Assembly: GCF_000143415.4 (NCBI RefSeq)
Contig: NW_003314428.1
Location: 62,001 to 126,000, forward strand
Length of the DNA: 64,000 nucleotides
Direction: 5' to 3'
DNA from: Selaginella moellendorffii
Lineage: Eukaryota > Plantae > Lycopodiophyta
Every line of letters starts with the position of its first letter. Positions within the stretch are counted from its first letter, which is position 1. Under the pieces are notes generated by a model, which made no database searches, was not told the DNA's origin, and worked only from the letters and a program-made list of their open reading frames with translations. Below, piece after piece: positions 1-12,954 of the stretch. Position numbers and translations under genes: made by a program.

Positions 1-3000
1 TCTCACAACTCCACCACCCATAGACGAAGTTCGATGTCCTCATCGAACAGTAAACCATTTTATAAAGTAACACCCGCATGTGTTACCATTTCCATCTTTG
101 GCACCTAGCCAATATTTGTCAATGGTTTGACATTGAAGGCTCACCATGCCTTGCCCATCCTCTAAGGAGGGTAATCTCTCCAACTTAGAGACTAATTGGA
201 CCACATGTAGTGGTTCTCTCCTTTTATTGGTTTAGTTCTTGCTAAACCTTTTAGAGACCCTTCTCTAAGTCAATCCCACTACTCCTTCTCGAGTAGTCTC
301 AATTTCCATCTATTGAACGTTTGCACCTTGGAACTTTTATTCTTTCGACTTTTGGAAGTCAATTTCCTAGGTGTCTCCAACACCTTGCATTGCACAAATT
401 GTGCAACTCCACTTCCCCATCCTAGGAAGTTCGTTACTTGAGGGCACCATCATCCTCTCTTCTATTTCGTGCCACCTTGGGCACCTAGTTCCATTTATCA
501 TACTTTGTGCTAGGGCTGTCCATGGCCCTATCATTTGGCTACCTTACTGCTCCCTCCCTTGGAGCTTCTACTTTCGCCAAATCGGAGCAATTCGGAATCC
601 ATCCTTGGAAACACACTTTCTTTCCCGCAATTTGTTAGCATCCAACACATTAATGTTCCTCACCTAACTTTGTCACTTGGATTCCTTCCAAGGGATTCGA
701 CGGCCCTATCTTGGCCACTCATCTTTTGCTCCTATCCGTTGATTGTTGCACCAAGCAACATCAAATCTCTACCTCCCTCCTTGAGGTATTCTTTTGATTC
801 CATAGCAAAGGCTCTGCTTTGCCAAGACTAGGGTGTTCACCCTTAGTAAGTCTCTTTAGCATCTTCTGCTGTGAGCTCTATCCACGGCCCAACTTCGTGA
901 CCCTCCCATGGGTCTCTTATAGAGACTACTTTCCTTGGATTCACTATGCCATTGCACGGACATAGTTTATTTCCCTTAGGTGCTCTTCCCACTTGGTCAT
1001 CATGTCCAAGCCACACCACCTTAAACAGTTGAATTTCAACATTTTGAACCAGGAACTTCATTCCTTAGCCAACCAAGGACCTTGTCCTTATTTGGCCATA
1101 CGATCACCTAGTGATCTCACCTTGGCACCTTAACAGAGTTGCCAAGAGGTATTTGGTCTTTTAGACCTTCAAATTGTTGACTATAACCCCGGGGGCATCC
1201 CCCACACTTGGCGGTGCACCCAAGCCAACCCTTACGGCCAAGGGTTCATAGCAATTGAGATTAGGTGTCCCCATCTCACTCACCACGTCCTTGGTGCCAC
1301 TTGCACCAAAGCGTTCAAGTTAGATATGCCGAGCTTTCACACTAAGCAATCTAACCGTGCATCACGACTCTGAGGCATCCCTCACTTGGCGGTGTGCCCA
1401 AACCAGTCTCCCCACTGAGAGTCCATGACCACCGAAATATGAGTGTCCTCATATTCCAAACCATCACCACGCCCTAGTGATTTGGGACTCGAACCCAAGC
1501 ACTAGAAGGTCGGGACTCGAACCCAACCTCCGTATATGCATCTACGGACGGCATCACACAAGATGCCTGGCGTGACTCCCCACGCCGGTGCACCAACTTA
1601 TTTTTAAAGCGCGCTACAAATCACAGCTTAGGAACCTAGTTCCCCCACACTGCCAAGTCCTCTCACTTGACATATCTGTGATCATGCATGGGCTCCTCCA
1701 TGCTTGGCCCCATAGGCCACCCTTTTTGAAGTTAGCACCTTCAACTAGGGTATTTGTTCCCCCCAACTTGCCAATCTCACTTAGCAAGTCATCCGGCCAC
1801 CGTAACATGGTTCATGCATAAGCGTGGAAGTCCTTAACCATCAACTTTCGTTCAAAGCCCTCTCTTTGAACACTCGGGAACTACTTCCCTAACCTTGATA
1901 GCCTTGCCTCATGGCAAGCTTCAAGACCACGCTTCTGCTGCGCCACTCTGATTTCGCGCGTTCTATGAACCATTTACACTTGTCCTTTCTAGGTACTAAG
2001 CTACTTAGAATCGTCTTTAGGAACCTTGAAGGAACTCTGTCCCTTAGCTTGCTAAGGCCTCCCTTTTTGCAAGTTTTCCAATTGCCACATAGTCTAACAT
2101 GGACAATTCCATATTTTAGACTCTCCATGGCATCACGGTTGCTAGCGGCAACACCCTCGAGCCCCCACTTGATTCTCCACTCTCAGCTGGCATAACCAAC
2201 CTTGGTTATGCCCTTCGATTTCTATGGTTCAGTTCCATCCCAATACTACTTGCCTTTTGGCCCCATATGTTTCCTTTGGTTATTCTCCTCCAGACCAGGA
2301 GGATAGCTTTGCATTTTCTATCATGCCTTAGCAAGTATTCTTAGGGATGAACCTACCCAATAGCCCAGGGAGTGGTTCCTCAATTCGGGTATGCTTACCT
2401 TATAATCCCACACACTGGGATTACATTGTTGCTTATGGGCCTTTACATGCCCATCATTAGCCTTGCCAAAATTCCATTTTTGGCTTTGTCCAACTCGGGT
2501 AGACAGTCTTCTCCTGTCTCCGCAACCTTGGACATTTGGATAGCACCTTCTATCCATCATTCGCTAGGGACTTAGTCCCTTGGGCTTTATCCATTGCCCT
2601 CGCGACATCAAACACCACCTTTTGGTGTTCTAGAGTGTTCGGGTGTCCCAATGATGGCTTTCTTGACAATGAGTATTTCCTTTTATGACATTGACTTACT
2701 ATATCACAACACAAGCAACTTATCCCCCATAAGGGTTTATCCGACTTCCCTATGCTATTAAGAAGTCTTGGGTAGCTACCTTCTACCCGTTCAACCAGTT
2801 ATTTTGCACCTCTTGCTTAGTTGCCTCATAGTTGTCAAGTCCTACAACTCATTGTTTGGTGCTTTCACACCTCCATCATTATCTGGGTCACCGCACTCCA
2901 ACTGTACGCTCTGCAGCTTAGGCTATGCCATTCCCATTTCCATTGGGATTCCTTTGGCAAGGGGTTCTCATAAACCCACCAACATAGCCTCAAGGTATCA

Positions 3001-4071
3001 CACCTTGGCACATTTGGTGTCTCCACACCATTGGCTCCACGAGCCTACCTCTATGACACTTCCCCTTCGTGTTTATGTCTTTGCCAAGACCAACACCGCT
3101 CTTTCTCATGCCAACCATCCGTTAGCATTGCACCATAGAGGTCACACACAACTTTGTGTCAAAATTGTTTTCTTCTGGGAACACCTTTCCCATAACTTTA
3201 GCATGGCACATTTTGCCATCGATGAGATACCCTCTGTTCTCATCCTTGGATCCTATGATCCCCCCCCATCCTTTGTGGGGTACAACACACCTCAGTCCAA
3301 ATGCTTCCATCAGTCCTTTTAGGACCATCCCTTGACTCTACTTGAGTCATCAGCAGTTTTGGACTTGGTTAATCCACAGACCCTTAAGGTCCTACTTGTG
3401 AGACACTAGCTCACTGGAATACACTTCTTGCATTCCTGTCCTACTCAAAAGGACTATTTTCACAAGTGTTACTCCGACACTTGATTTTGTTCTCTAGGGG
3501 CAACTTTTGCCCCTTAGGACTACTTGTCCATGCGATGAGAATACCACTCATCTCTAAGTACACCCCCCAACTCCTTGGGTTGTTCCAGCATTTATTAAAG
3601 GTAGCCCCGGCTACCATTTCAAGGACTTGAGTCCTCTTCCGTATTTGACCTCCCACGGTCATTACCTCTGGTCTCACATTCATGAGCACCAACCTCAACT
3701 ATATGAGGATAATCTTGTGACTCCTTTATTGTTTTGGAGTCTCTATTTTTCCCGTGATCCCAACTTTAGTTGTTTACCACAACAACCTTAGCCAATTTGC
3801 TGAGACAAATGCTCATCCGGATCACATCCTCAACTCAATGAGGAAAACCTTGCACTGTTCCCAAGATCCCAAAGTCGTTCCATTATTGGCCCTTTTTTAT
3901 CCACCACCTCGTCTACAAGTTCCCACATGAACTGTAATGGAGAGCCATGTCTTCCCGACTTGCTACTCCTCAAGGATAGGCCCACTCCTCGGACCTTCCG
4001 ATGCCAACACTAGTGGTGATATACTTGAGCACCAATAAAAGTCGGACTAAGGAACAGCTCCGATACCAAAT

Positions 4072-5867
4072 TGTAAGCGACTAAATTTTCCATTCTACTT
4101 TAGTCACTTAACCACACCTCTGACCACTTGGAGGAGTCTCATTCACAACCTCCATGAGTCCAATCCAGGACTTGGGACTTGCTAGCCCCGAGAATGGCAT
4201 CCATGCCACTCAACATTTGCACTTGGTCCAAGTGCTCCACGTGTCCGATCCCATGACCGACACTCAAAGGTACCACCGACATAGCAGCCTGTTACGCTAA
4301 GGCCATGCCCAATCACCTTTGCCACACTGGTAGTCCAATACCACTTGCATCACCGTCTTGGCTCTCCAAGACTAGGCAAACCATCCGTGAGTGGTCATCT
4401 CAGATCCACTCCTTAGCATCCTTAGGATGCCCACCGACAAGGGGAATAGCCTTCCCCAATATCCCTTTGTCAGTCCCCACTAAGTCCCTTTCTGCCCCTG
4501 GCCGTGTTTGCCAACACTGCCACTGGATCGAGACCCACAAGCCCGACCACTAAGTCCCACGGTCCTTTGGGACTTCCTCACCACACGACTATATCCTTGG
4601 TCACTACCCCAGAGGACTGCTCCTCTTCCTTTCCACAGTCTGGGCCTTTGGGACAACATTTCGGAACACCGTGGCCTTACGCGAGCCACCGGGGTACTCT
4701 CCTCGCCTTCTGCCCTTGGGTGCTCTAGCCATGGGTTTAGAGCGGGTTCCGTTGAGCCACACCAGGTATCCAAGTAGGTAGTGCCACCCACACTTGGACT
4801 GGGAGCATCGGCCAGTCGATCTCCCGGGGGAACTAGAGCCGGCTCTTGAACACTTCACCAAGCTACCCCGCTTGTCGGTCTGTGTTCACTCTAGTCTTGG
4901 ACTTCCCAGTGGGCAGCTCATCACCCAACACTGGGTCCGGCCTTCCTAGGCCAAACTGGCCTTTCTTGGCCAAACTGGCTCCACTACAGTCCTCCCCCCT
5001 TACTATACTTTTGGAGCTCACCAAATCCCCCAGGGTCTGGGAGACGAACGCTTTGGGCTTTCACCCTCTCAGACTCGAACTCGGACTCGGACTCGGACTC
5101 GGACTCGGACTCGGACTCGGACTCGGGCTCGGACTCGGACTCGGACTCGGACTCGGACTCGGGCTCGGGCTTGCTCTCGGCCTCGGCCTCGGTCTCGGTC
5201 TTGGTCTCGGTCTCGGTCTCGGTCTTGGTCTCGGTCCCGGTCTCGGTCTCGGTCCCGGTTCCATCTCGGACTCCATCTTGGACTCCATCTCGGGTCCATC
5301 TCGGACTCCATCTCGGGTCCATCTCGGGTCCATCTCGGACTCCATATTGGACTCCACTTCGGGTCCATCTCGGACTCCATATCGGACTCCACTTCGGGTC
5401 CATCTCGGACTCCATATCGGACTCCACTTCGGGTCCATCTCGGACTCCATATCGGACTCCATATCAGACTCCACTTCGGGTCCATCTCGGACTCCATATC
5501 GAACTCCATCTCGGACTCCACTTCGGACTCCATATCGGACTCCATATCGGACTCCACTTTGGGTCCATCTTGGACTCCACTTCAGGTCCATCTCGGACTC
5601 CAACTCGGGTCTGCCTCGGACTCCATCTCGGACACTTCCACGTGTCATGTGTTGGTCCTTTTTGGGTCCCCTTTTTGGAGCCTTGCGTATTGGTTGCCTC
5701 GTGCTTGCTCCTCGAGCACTTTGTTGGGAGTTCCACTCCCGCTCTCGACCTTCCAAGTCGGAGCTTTTAGTTCAAACGTGTTATGCTCGTTTGGCTTTCG
5801 CTTCGGCCACTACCACGTGGCACCCTTTCCGACTCCACTTTGGGGCCTAGGGATTTTGTGTCTCACA
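4072..5867 (-). repeat. Family A LTR (~1.8 kb)
   Basis: TG...CA termini; near-identical to 27564-29487 outside the minisatellite. Confidence 0.93.
5073..5632. repeat. Compound minisatellite inside LTR A: (GGACTC)n/(GGTCTC)n followed by ~12-bp CTCCATCTCGGA-type units
   Basis: Directly visible. It produces the spurious GL/SP/DR/ES repeat ORFs in all frames. Confidence 0.95.
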
Positions 5868-5939
5868 AGATGTTCCACCTCTAACTTACTATCATCATGT
5901 TTTCATCTTCCAGAGGGGAAGATGGTGTAAGGTTTGTAA

Positions 5940-8300
5940 ATACATATATGTATATACATATATGTAATACATTAATTATAGTGCTACAATATATGGACCA
6001 TCCATTTAGGATTAAATCAGGTCCATCCATTTTTATATATAAGTAGGGTCTAAAACCCTAATTAATATACCTATTTTTATATCCTAAGCACTCACAACAC
6101 TTATAACATAATAAATATAATAGAGTGCCAATTGAAATCTTAGATCTTCTACCAAGATAAAATTGCTTATAAATAAATAAAATAAACTTCTCTAAAATTC
6201 TCTAAAAATATTCCCTAAAAATATTGATATTTTTTAAATTTCCTCATTCATTACATGTTTTGGGTATTTTAGCACTAATGATATCTCTAAATAGCAAACT
6301 AAATCATTTTGTTTTATAGATACTAATTTATATCTCAAAATAGATATATTGTTTTCTTTTTTGCTTCAGATACTCCATTATTTTTTTTTTGACTAAAACA
6401 AAATTAAATTGTAAATACTAATTATTATTTTAAAATCAAAATGTACCATTTAGTAATGTCTTATACATTTATCATTTTGTAAAACCCATCTACTATCTAC
6501 ATATCTTGTGGCAACAAAATGCAATTCTAAGCAACACACTTTGTCAAGAAGTTCTAAATCCGCACTTCTGGAAGTATTATATGATTTCTTTGTCAAAAGT
6601 TTCTTATGTATAAATTTATAAAAGATTAATATAAAACAAATAGATTATAATAATATAGAATGAAATATAGAAAGAATCATGTTGAAAAGTTTTATGGGAT
6701 TTCCTTCATAATGGGTTTAGTGCTCTTTAGATTTGTAGAGAAGCTAATTGAGTTTTTTCTTGGATGGAATTATTTTTAATTAAAATATATTACTGTTGAT
6801 GTCAATTAATTACACATTACTACTAGTAGATCAATTTAGTATGTAATGTTAAGAATAAACATATAAAATAACATTATTATATTTATAATAAGATCTAGAC
6901 TCTTTAGTAGAGCATTGTATTAAGGATAAGAGACCCATTGCTAATCCATCAGAAATTAATGTTGAAAGATTGTAGCAATAACTGACAAAACATTAGTGAA
7001 GCTAACATACACAAAGAAATTGATGTAGTGCAGCTGAAATATGTTAATTCTTGAAATGTTATTACAATTAGTTGTGAATCTGACTAATACATTATTGACA
7101 CTAAATAATATGATGAAATTCCTGGAATTATTTTGACACACAATTATTTACACATGTTGATAAGTTGTCATTACTATTAGTTTTAATTGGCTATTTAGTT
7201 GTCTTATTTCTTTTTCTTTATTTCTTCATCTTTCAAATGTGAAAACTTTTTCAGAAAACGTTCTTATTATAAATAACTATTCAACAGACTAATTGCAAAA
7301 GATATATTTTTTAACTTTTTAAATAAATGCCAATACAAGAAAAGAAATTTGCAAGACAAATTCATGAATCCTTGTTAGGATTAAGGATTTTCACTGAAGA
7401 TAATTAGGGATTGTAAATTCTTTATACAAATGCATTACACTAAGAGTGCAACTTATCAATACCATAATTTTTCTCATAAAATATAAATATATAAATAAAT
7501 GATGTCAAATTCTACTAACTTTTAATGTTTATAAATAATTTTATGGAGAACATATTACTCATAAATTTCTCTATATAACTGTTTTTAAGCATGGAAGACT
7601 TTCAAAAAATGAAAACATATGAGTCTAAATTATTTTTAAAATTTAACATTGAATAAAAATATAATTAAATTATTAATTTATTAATTTATAAACTAAAATC
7701 ATAGATCTAGCACATACCATGTACATAATAATATTAACATATTTTATATATTATATTTTCTTTATACTATTATAAGAATATTATGAAGATATAATATACA
7801 TGAGGTCAATTACTTTTATATTTGCATTTCCAAAAAATATACTTTTGTATCAATCTTATCATTTGTGACTATAGTGTTATTTATTTTCATTTTATCAACT
7901 CTACTTCATGATTTTCCTTATTTTTAAATTAGATTGTTCAAACCTATATTTTAAAGAACATAAATCTTAAAATTTTAAATTAAATCTAACATACTACTAT
8001 ATACATGAATAATTAAAATATATTTTATATTGCAAGAACCACTGCTGTCTTGTAGCTGTAAGAAATTTTTTATTTATTAATACTATAGAATACCACTTTC
8101 TAAGTAAAACATAAAATATAAAAACCGTTTTCAAAAAAAATATAAAAAAATAAACATATTTTGAGCTGGAACTTATATTACATATAACATGGATGTTGTG
8201 GAAAATACTAATCTTGGAGACTAAAACTGATTTGGAAAGTTATTGTTGCTTATAAAGATTTTAAGTATAATGATATGTTAAGATATCCTCAAGAATGTTT
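5940..8300. mobile_element. Very AT-rich decayed transposon debris, possibly Helitron
   Basis: Blocks at ~6280-6560 and 7920-8030 resemble 14790-15100 and 14435-14540. 15018-15090 translates to CNNVLAWTIEIGD..IPLFART, weakly like the Helitron Pif1 segment NVIEAEILTG..VLIPRI. Confidence 0.3.
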
Positions 8301-8306
8301 TGTTTC

Positions 8307-8314
<8 letters not shown>

Positions 8315-8355
<41 letters not shown>
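8315..8355. repeat. (TA)n microsatellite
   Basis: Direct observation. Confidence 0.95.
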
Positions 8356-8361
<6 letters not shown>

Positions 8362-11101
8362 GTTATAAAATAGTGATTATTAGTGATATTATTAGCATTT
8401 TCTGAAAATATAGTGGTGAATGATATAATGGAGTTTCTTTACTTAAATGAAGAAGTAAACCTGTATTGTCATAGAAGTGCGGAAATGTCATCATGCATGA
8501 GAAAACTCCATTTTTTTTGTTACTGCTTTAATCCCAATTTCCAATGCATGCCATTGATATTACCACAATAGTAATATAACTGTTCAGTACCTACATTATC
8601 AATAATTAAAAAGCTGTACTATTTGAATTTATATTGATTATTCTGAAAGTTTTTAATTTTTTAATATCTTCATTTAAATTTATCATGGGAGGACCCTAGC
8701 ATAAATTCTATTTTTTTTTTAAGATATCTGCTATTTGTATGACATGTTGTTTCTCCTTTTTCTCTATTTATTTTTAAATTTTATTGTGCTCATTGAATAG
8801 CCCACAACTTGATAAGATTTCACACCCTTTCAGCTGTTGAATCTATGATAATAAGAAATACAACTCAAAAACAAAATCAGACTATGCTATCAAAGTTTTA
8901 CCCAAGGAACTTCATGTGCTTGGATGTACCAGCAAGGACTCCTTAGCTTATGGAACTGCAGAAGTTAGCTCGAGTTTTCTTTCATCTCTGAGAAGAAGCT
9001 AACAAAGCTTTTGCTTGTAGTAACCCGAGCATAGATGGTGAAAACTGGTGGCAAGGCCATGCACATGCTACTCAATTCCCAGCCAAGGCACTCTTAAAAG
9101 GATTGATTCACCAGGTTTAATATTTGTAGCATCACAAGTCTCCCTGCAAGCTGACTTGGTCACTCGGAGAAACTGAGAGACAATCTACTCCGTGATTGAG
9201 TTGAAGGAACTCAAGTTGGTTGTTTGGTTGTTGTTGCTGTTTGTGGGATTGAAACACCAGAGGATCTTCTCATAGATGGCCTGGGACATGAATGCATCCT
9301 TGCCAACACTGATTTTCAGGGGTTATTCATGTAAGTAGTACTCATTTCCTACAAGTTTGATACTCTACGCAGGTTGGGTCATTTGTCTGACACAGCAAGG
9401 CGTGAAATCTCATCGTTAACTCCTCACTATAGCTATGCCAATGTGGTGGCAGCAGCCAGAGAGCTTGCCTTCAAGCTTGACAGCCCGAGCTTCAGGTTTT
9501 GAAAGAAAAAAAAAGCTTGCTCTTTGCTCATGTTGTTTTCATTTCTTTAGCAGGTAGCTCTAGATCATAAAAAAAAATTGGTTTTTTTACTTCCATACTT
9601 GGTCCTGGTGGGAGTGTGAAAGCTTTTCTCTCAGATTTACCAGACACTTGCTGGATGGGAATGATGGTACATATGCATGAGTTTTGCCTCTATTGTTTTT
9701 CAATCTCTTTCTCTTTCTTGAGCAACTATGGCAATGCTTTCCAAAACTTATACACTTATTGCGGATACAGCATTCTTCCCTGCATTGATGCTGTTATTGC
9801 CTACATCTTTGAAGACGCATAGATGATAATTTGATAACATCACTTGATATCAAATCAAAATCTGGATTTGATAATTTGTAATCTGGATCTATAATACAGC
9901 ACATAGGGATGGACGGTTGAATGTGAAACTCTGCAAGAACAAGGTAACTATAGAGCTGCAAGGAAAGAACCTTCAGGAACTTACTCTATGAGGAATCAAA
10001 TAATCCAGAACACCTTCTACTTGAGGTTCCTCGGGGATATGAAGAAAGAAACATTTAGACCGTGAAAGAACACGAGAGATTCCTTACTGACCTTGCCATA
10101 AGCAAACACGTCTGCTTGGGCATATAAACTCGTCGTTTGTTATAACAATTTACTGAATGAATTGTCAGCCTGTGGTAATGAGAGTAATAACAATCTTCTT
10201 CTCAAAATCACTGATTGCTATCTTTTGATGATTCCAATGAAGTCGCATGGAACAACTTGATGTTTTTTACTATCTGAAAGTACTGAGCTCTGCTTCACCA
10301 AGGCGCAAAAACGCAGAAAAGCGAGAGTGTTGACGTTGATATCGTCATTAAACTTGTTTTTTATGACGCAAGAATGCCATTCACACAGTCTGTGAATATT
10401 GTGTTCTCGGTTTCAGTAATGTGTTGAAAGTAATTTCTGGCAACTTTCTCCACCGGTTCAAATGCAAGATGGATAATGCTGCTGTCTCTATCTGTTGCAG
10501 CAGTAATAAAGATCTGTAATTGATAAAGCATTGATACTTTGTCTAAAATTACTCAAAACTTTGTTACCATAACCGTAATTTTCCAGCCAGATTTTATGTT
10601 GCCAACTCGGATCCTGCCTCTGTTGAGACCTGTGGTACTCAGGAGGAACTTGGCAACCTCTTCAGGAATTTTCTCCACTTCTTGGCTTTTACAAGGAAAT
10701 CAATACCCTTGCAAGGCTTCTGGTTGAATAGTATGATTCCTTTCTGCATAGTGTAAAAATCTTGTAATTGAATGCCCAGTCCTTCATGCATCCCTAGTGT
10801 ATAAGGTGGAAAAGTTACAGAAGAAATTCGCAGCACTGGCGCTCTCTTACAATAAAGCAGGGATAGAGATTACGTGAAGCTCAAGGTTGTGAACACGTCT
10901 TTGACTGCACTTTCAGTTGATGCTTTATCTGTTTCTGATTCTAATGGTTCAGCAGTCTCATCCCCGACTTCTGTAGCAATAGCTCCTGCCATGGATATGC
11001 TTAGAGTGTCCGGTTCATGAAGTGGGAATGTCTACTTCAATGCCACAATTGCTCGCAAAGACATTTCTAGCAATGAAACTATAACTCTGATATCATGTCC
11101 T

Positions 11102-11201
11102 NNNNNNNNNNNNNNNNNNNNNNNNNNNNNNNNNNNNNNNNNNNNNNNNNNNNNNNNNNNNNNNNNNNNNNNNNNNNNNNNNNNNNNNNNNNNNNNNNNN
11201 N
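11102..11201. other. Assembly gap (100 N)
   Basis: Run of N. Confidence 1.
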
Positions 11202-11334
11202 GCGAACAAAAGAAGACTAATACCTCAGAGAAACGATGAATGACATGATCACCTGCGTCGCATTGAAGGCACGTTTTAAATATTTCAACGTCTAGGCAAG
11301 TATCACTAGTCCGCTTAGTGGAAGGTTTCCTAGC

Positions 11335-11355
11335 TAAACCCTAAACCCTAAACCC
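11335..11355. promoter_or_regulatory. Short interstitial telomere-like repeat/telo-box (TAAACCC)x3
   Basis: taaaccctaaaccctaaaccc, lying upstream of exon-like minus-strand fragments at ~9900-11270. Confidence 0.55.
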
Positions 11356-12089
11356 AATGGCAGAAAGAAATTTATATATACTTGAGCTAGAAAGTAATCA
11401 GTATAAAAGTTGAATTCTCTCCCTACTTGAGTAGTTTAAATAAACACTAGGCTTATTTTCATTAATAAAAAGAAAAAGATATCAAAAATTCTTTTGAGAA
11501 CCATGTTTTTCCTTTTGGATTAGCCATTAGGTTACAGCTGTATGAAAAGCTTTTCTCTTAGAGCACATGTTTGCAATGATTAACTTGGCTATTATGTAAA
11601 GATAATGCTATGAGGGATTCTAATGGCATGGATTGTCCCATATCCAAGCTACATCAAGAGCATTTAATTTCATGAATTTGAGGAGTTATTGTGCTAATCA
11701 CAAATTTAATGCCTTCTAATAAAATTAATATTAGCATAGAAAAATCTTTATTTAGGGTTTATTTATTTATCTTTATTTATCTTTATCCTCCAAACAGTCT
11801 CAAAGAAATTAAAGTAAAAAAATTGAATATCTTTTATTAAAGGTTGAGATTGACATCTTTTAGGAGTGATTTAATTAATTGATAAACAAAAGATTCATTC
11901 TTTTCTTAATTGATTTATAAGATTTAGATATATTTACAAAGGATTATTGTTTTTTTATGTGATTTTTATGGCTATGATGTTATTTACTATTCTTAGCATA
12001 GTAACTATTGAATTAGTTTTAATCCAGACCACTCACTTCTATATATAAGCTAGGGTTTTTAATTATAATTGAATACACTTCTATATTCC

Positions 12090-12560
12090 ATGCACCCACA
12101 TTGGTGGAGATGAGGAGCAATTTGGTTGTCTCTTAGGAGTGTTTAAATTTGTGTATTTGGTTTAGCTTGTGCATTGTCTAGATCTCTCTTATTCTTGTAG
12201 CCTTTCCATTTCTACTCTTTATGGCAGAGTAGAATACTCCTGTGCAGAAACATCTTCCTCTTTTGACTTTAGAATAACAATTGATGCAATTGCTTGATGC
12301 TATGTAGTTGCAACTGAATAATCAAACTTAATTGATAGTAATATTCATAGTGTAAGGTGCAACTTCTCTTGCTTTTGATGCCAATCCTTATGTCCAGCTA
12401 AATTTCTTTAGTGGGAATCTTGAAGATAATGCATACAATTGGTTTGATCACTTTATAGTGATTGTCATTTATCATTCTTGGGATAATGCCTGGCATTGAT
12501 ATGAGTTTCCTACATATCTTAAGAGATGCTATTGTAATGATACAATGGTTTGAGTGCAAC
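12090..12560 (+). mobile_element. Decayed Ty3 gag-like remnant
   Basis: ...CCCACA TTGGTGGAG resembles an LTR end plus PBS. 12436-12560 translates to NWFDHF..IYHSWDNA..EFPTYL, a retrotransposon gag-like pattern with stops. Confidence 0.35.
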
Positions 12561-12760
12561 CACTCATGTAGATTCAAACTTTCTCCCGAACATGTAGAGC
12601 CAATATTTTAGAGTGGATCAAGTTGGGGGTGTTACTTTGTCAAGATCTTATGAGACTTGTGCATGCACTTGCCCTAGTTACCCTTGATAATACTCTTTAG
12701 CTAACACACATTATGAGACATCACCTTTCCCACTTATAGTAGTACATACTTCAATTCTAC

Positions 12761-12954
12761 TGTAAGCAACCAAAGGGAACGACTCGAGAGACGATCTATG
12801 GGGTTCAAATATAGAGGGAAAGGGCCCATGAACAAGAGTGCACCCCTTTTTCCAATCGGTTAAGGGTCTTGGGATACTTGGGGTTAAGCGTCCTTGGGTT
12901 TGAATAGTACTGGGCTGGGTGACCTCCTGGGAAGTCCAAACTCAGAAGCTTACA
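12761..12954 (+). mobile_element. Cassandra-like (5S rRNA-derived) TRIM solo LTR
   Basis: TGTAAG...CTTACA termini and perfect 5-bp TSD TCTAC. The internal GTTAAGCGTCCTTGGGTTTGAATAGTACTGGGCTGGGTGACCTCCTGGGAAGTCC matches the 5S rRNA A-box/IE/C-box region. Confidence 0.9.

Larger units (their letters stand above)
1..5867 (-). mobile_element. Non-autonomous Ty3-like LTR retrotransposon, family A (young copy; 3' LTR runs off the left edge)
   Basis: On the minus strand: 5' LTR 5867-4072 (TGTGAGA...GCTTACA); PBS TGGTATCGGAGC (iMet type) at 4068-4057; ~4-kb internal region without long ORFs; PPT ATGGGTGGTGGAGT directly before TGTGAGA at positions 7-1. Confidence 0.92.

Noticed and set aside
4194-4210. 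TGGCATCCATGCCA in LTR A resembling the transposon palindrome
   Set aside because: It lacks the 6-bp spacer geometry; probably coincidental.
4846-5850. Long overlapping ORFs (up to 334 aa; likewise 28286-29575)
   Set aside because: Artefacts of the stop-free 6/12-bp minisatellite inside the LTRs; open in nearly all frames on both strands.
8880-11270. Exon-like fragments on both strands
   Set aside because: Splice-like signals are present, but there is no recognisable protein or consistent frame and a gap interrupts the region; not called as a CDS.
12883-12937. Functional 5S rRNA gene
   Set aside because: Only ~55 nt of 5S similarity, embedded between LTR termini with a TSD.
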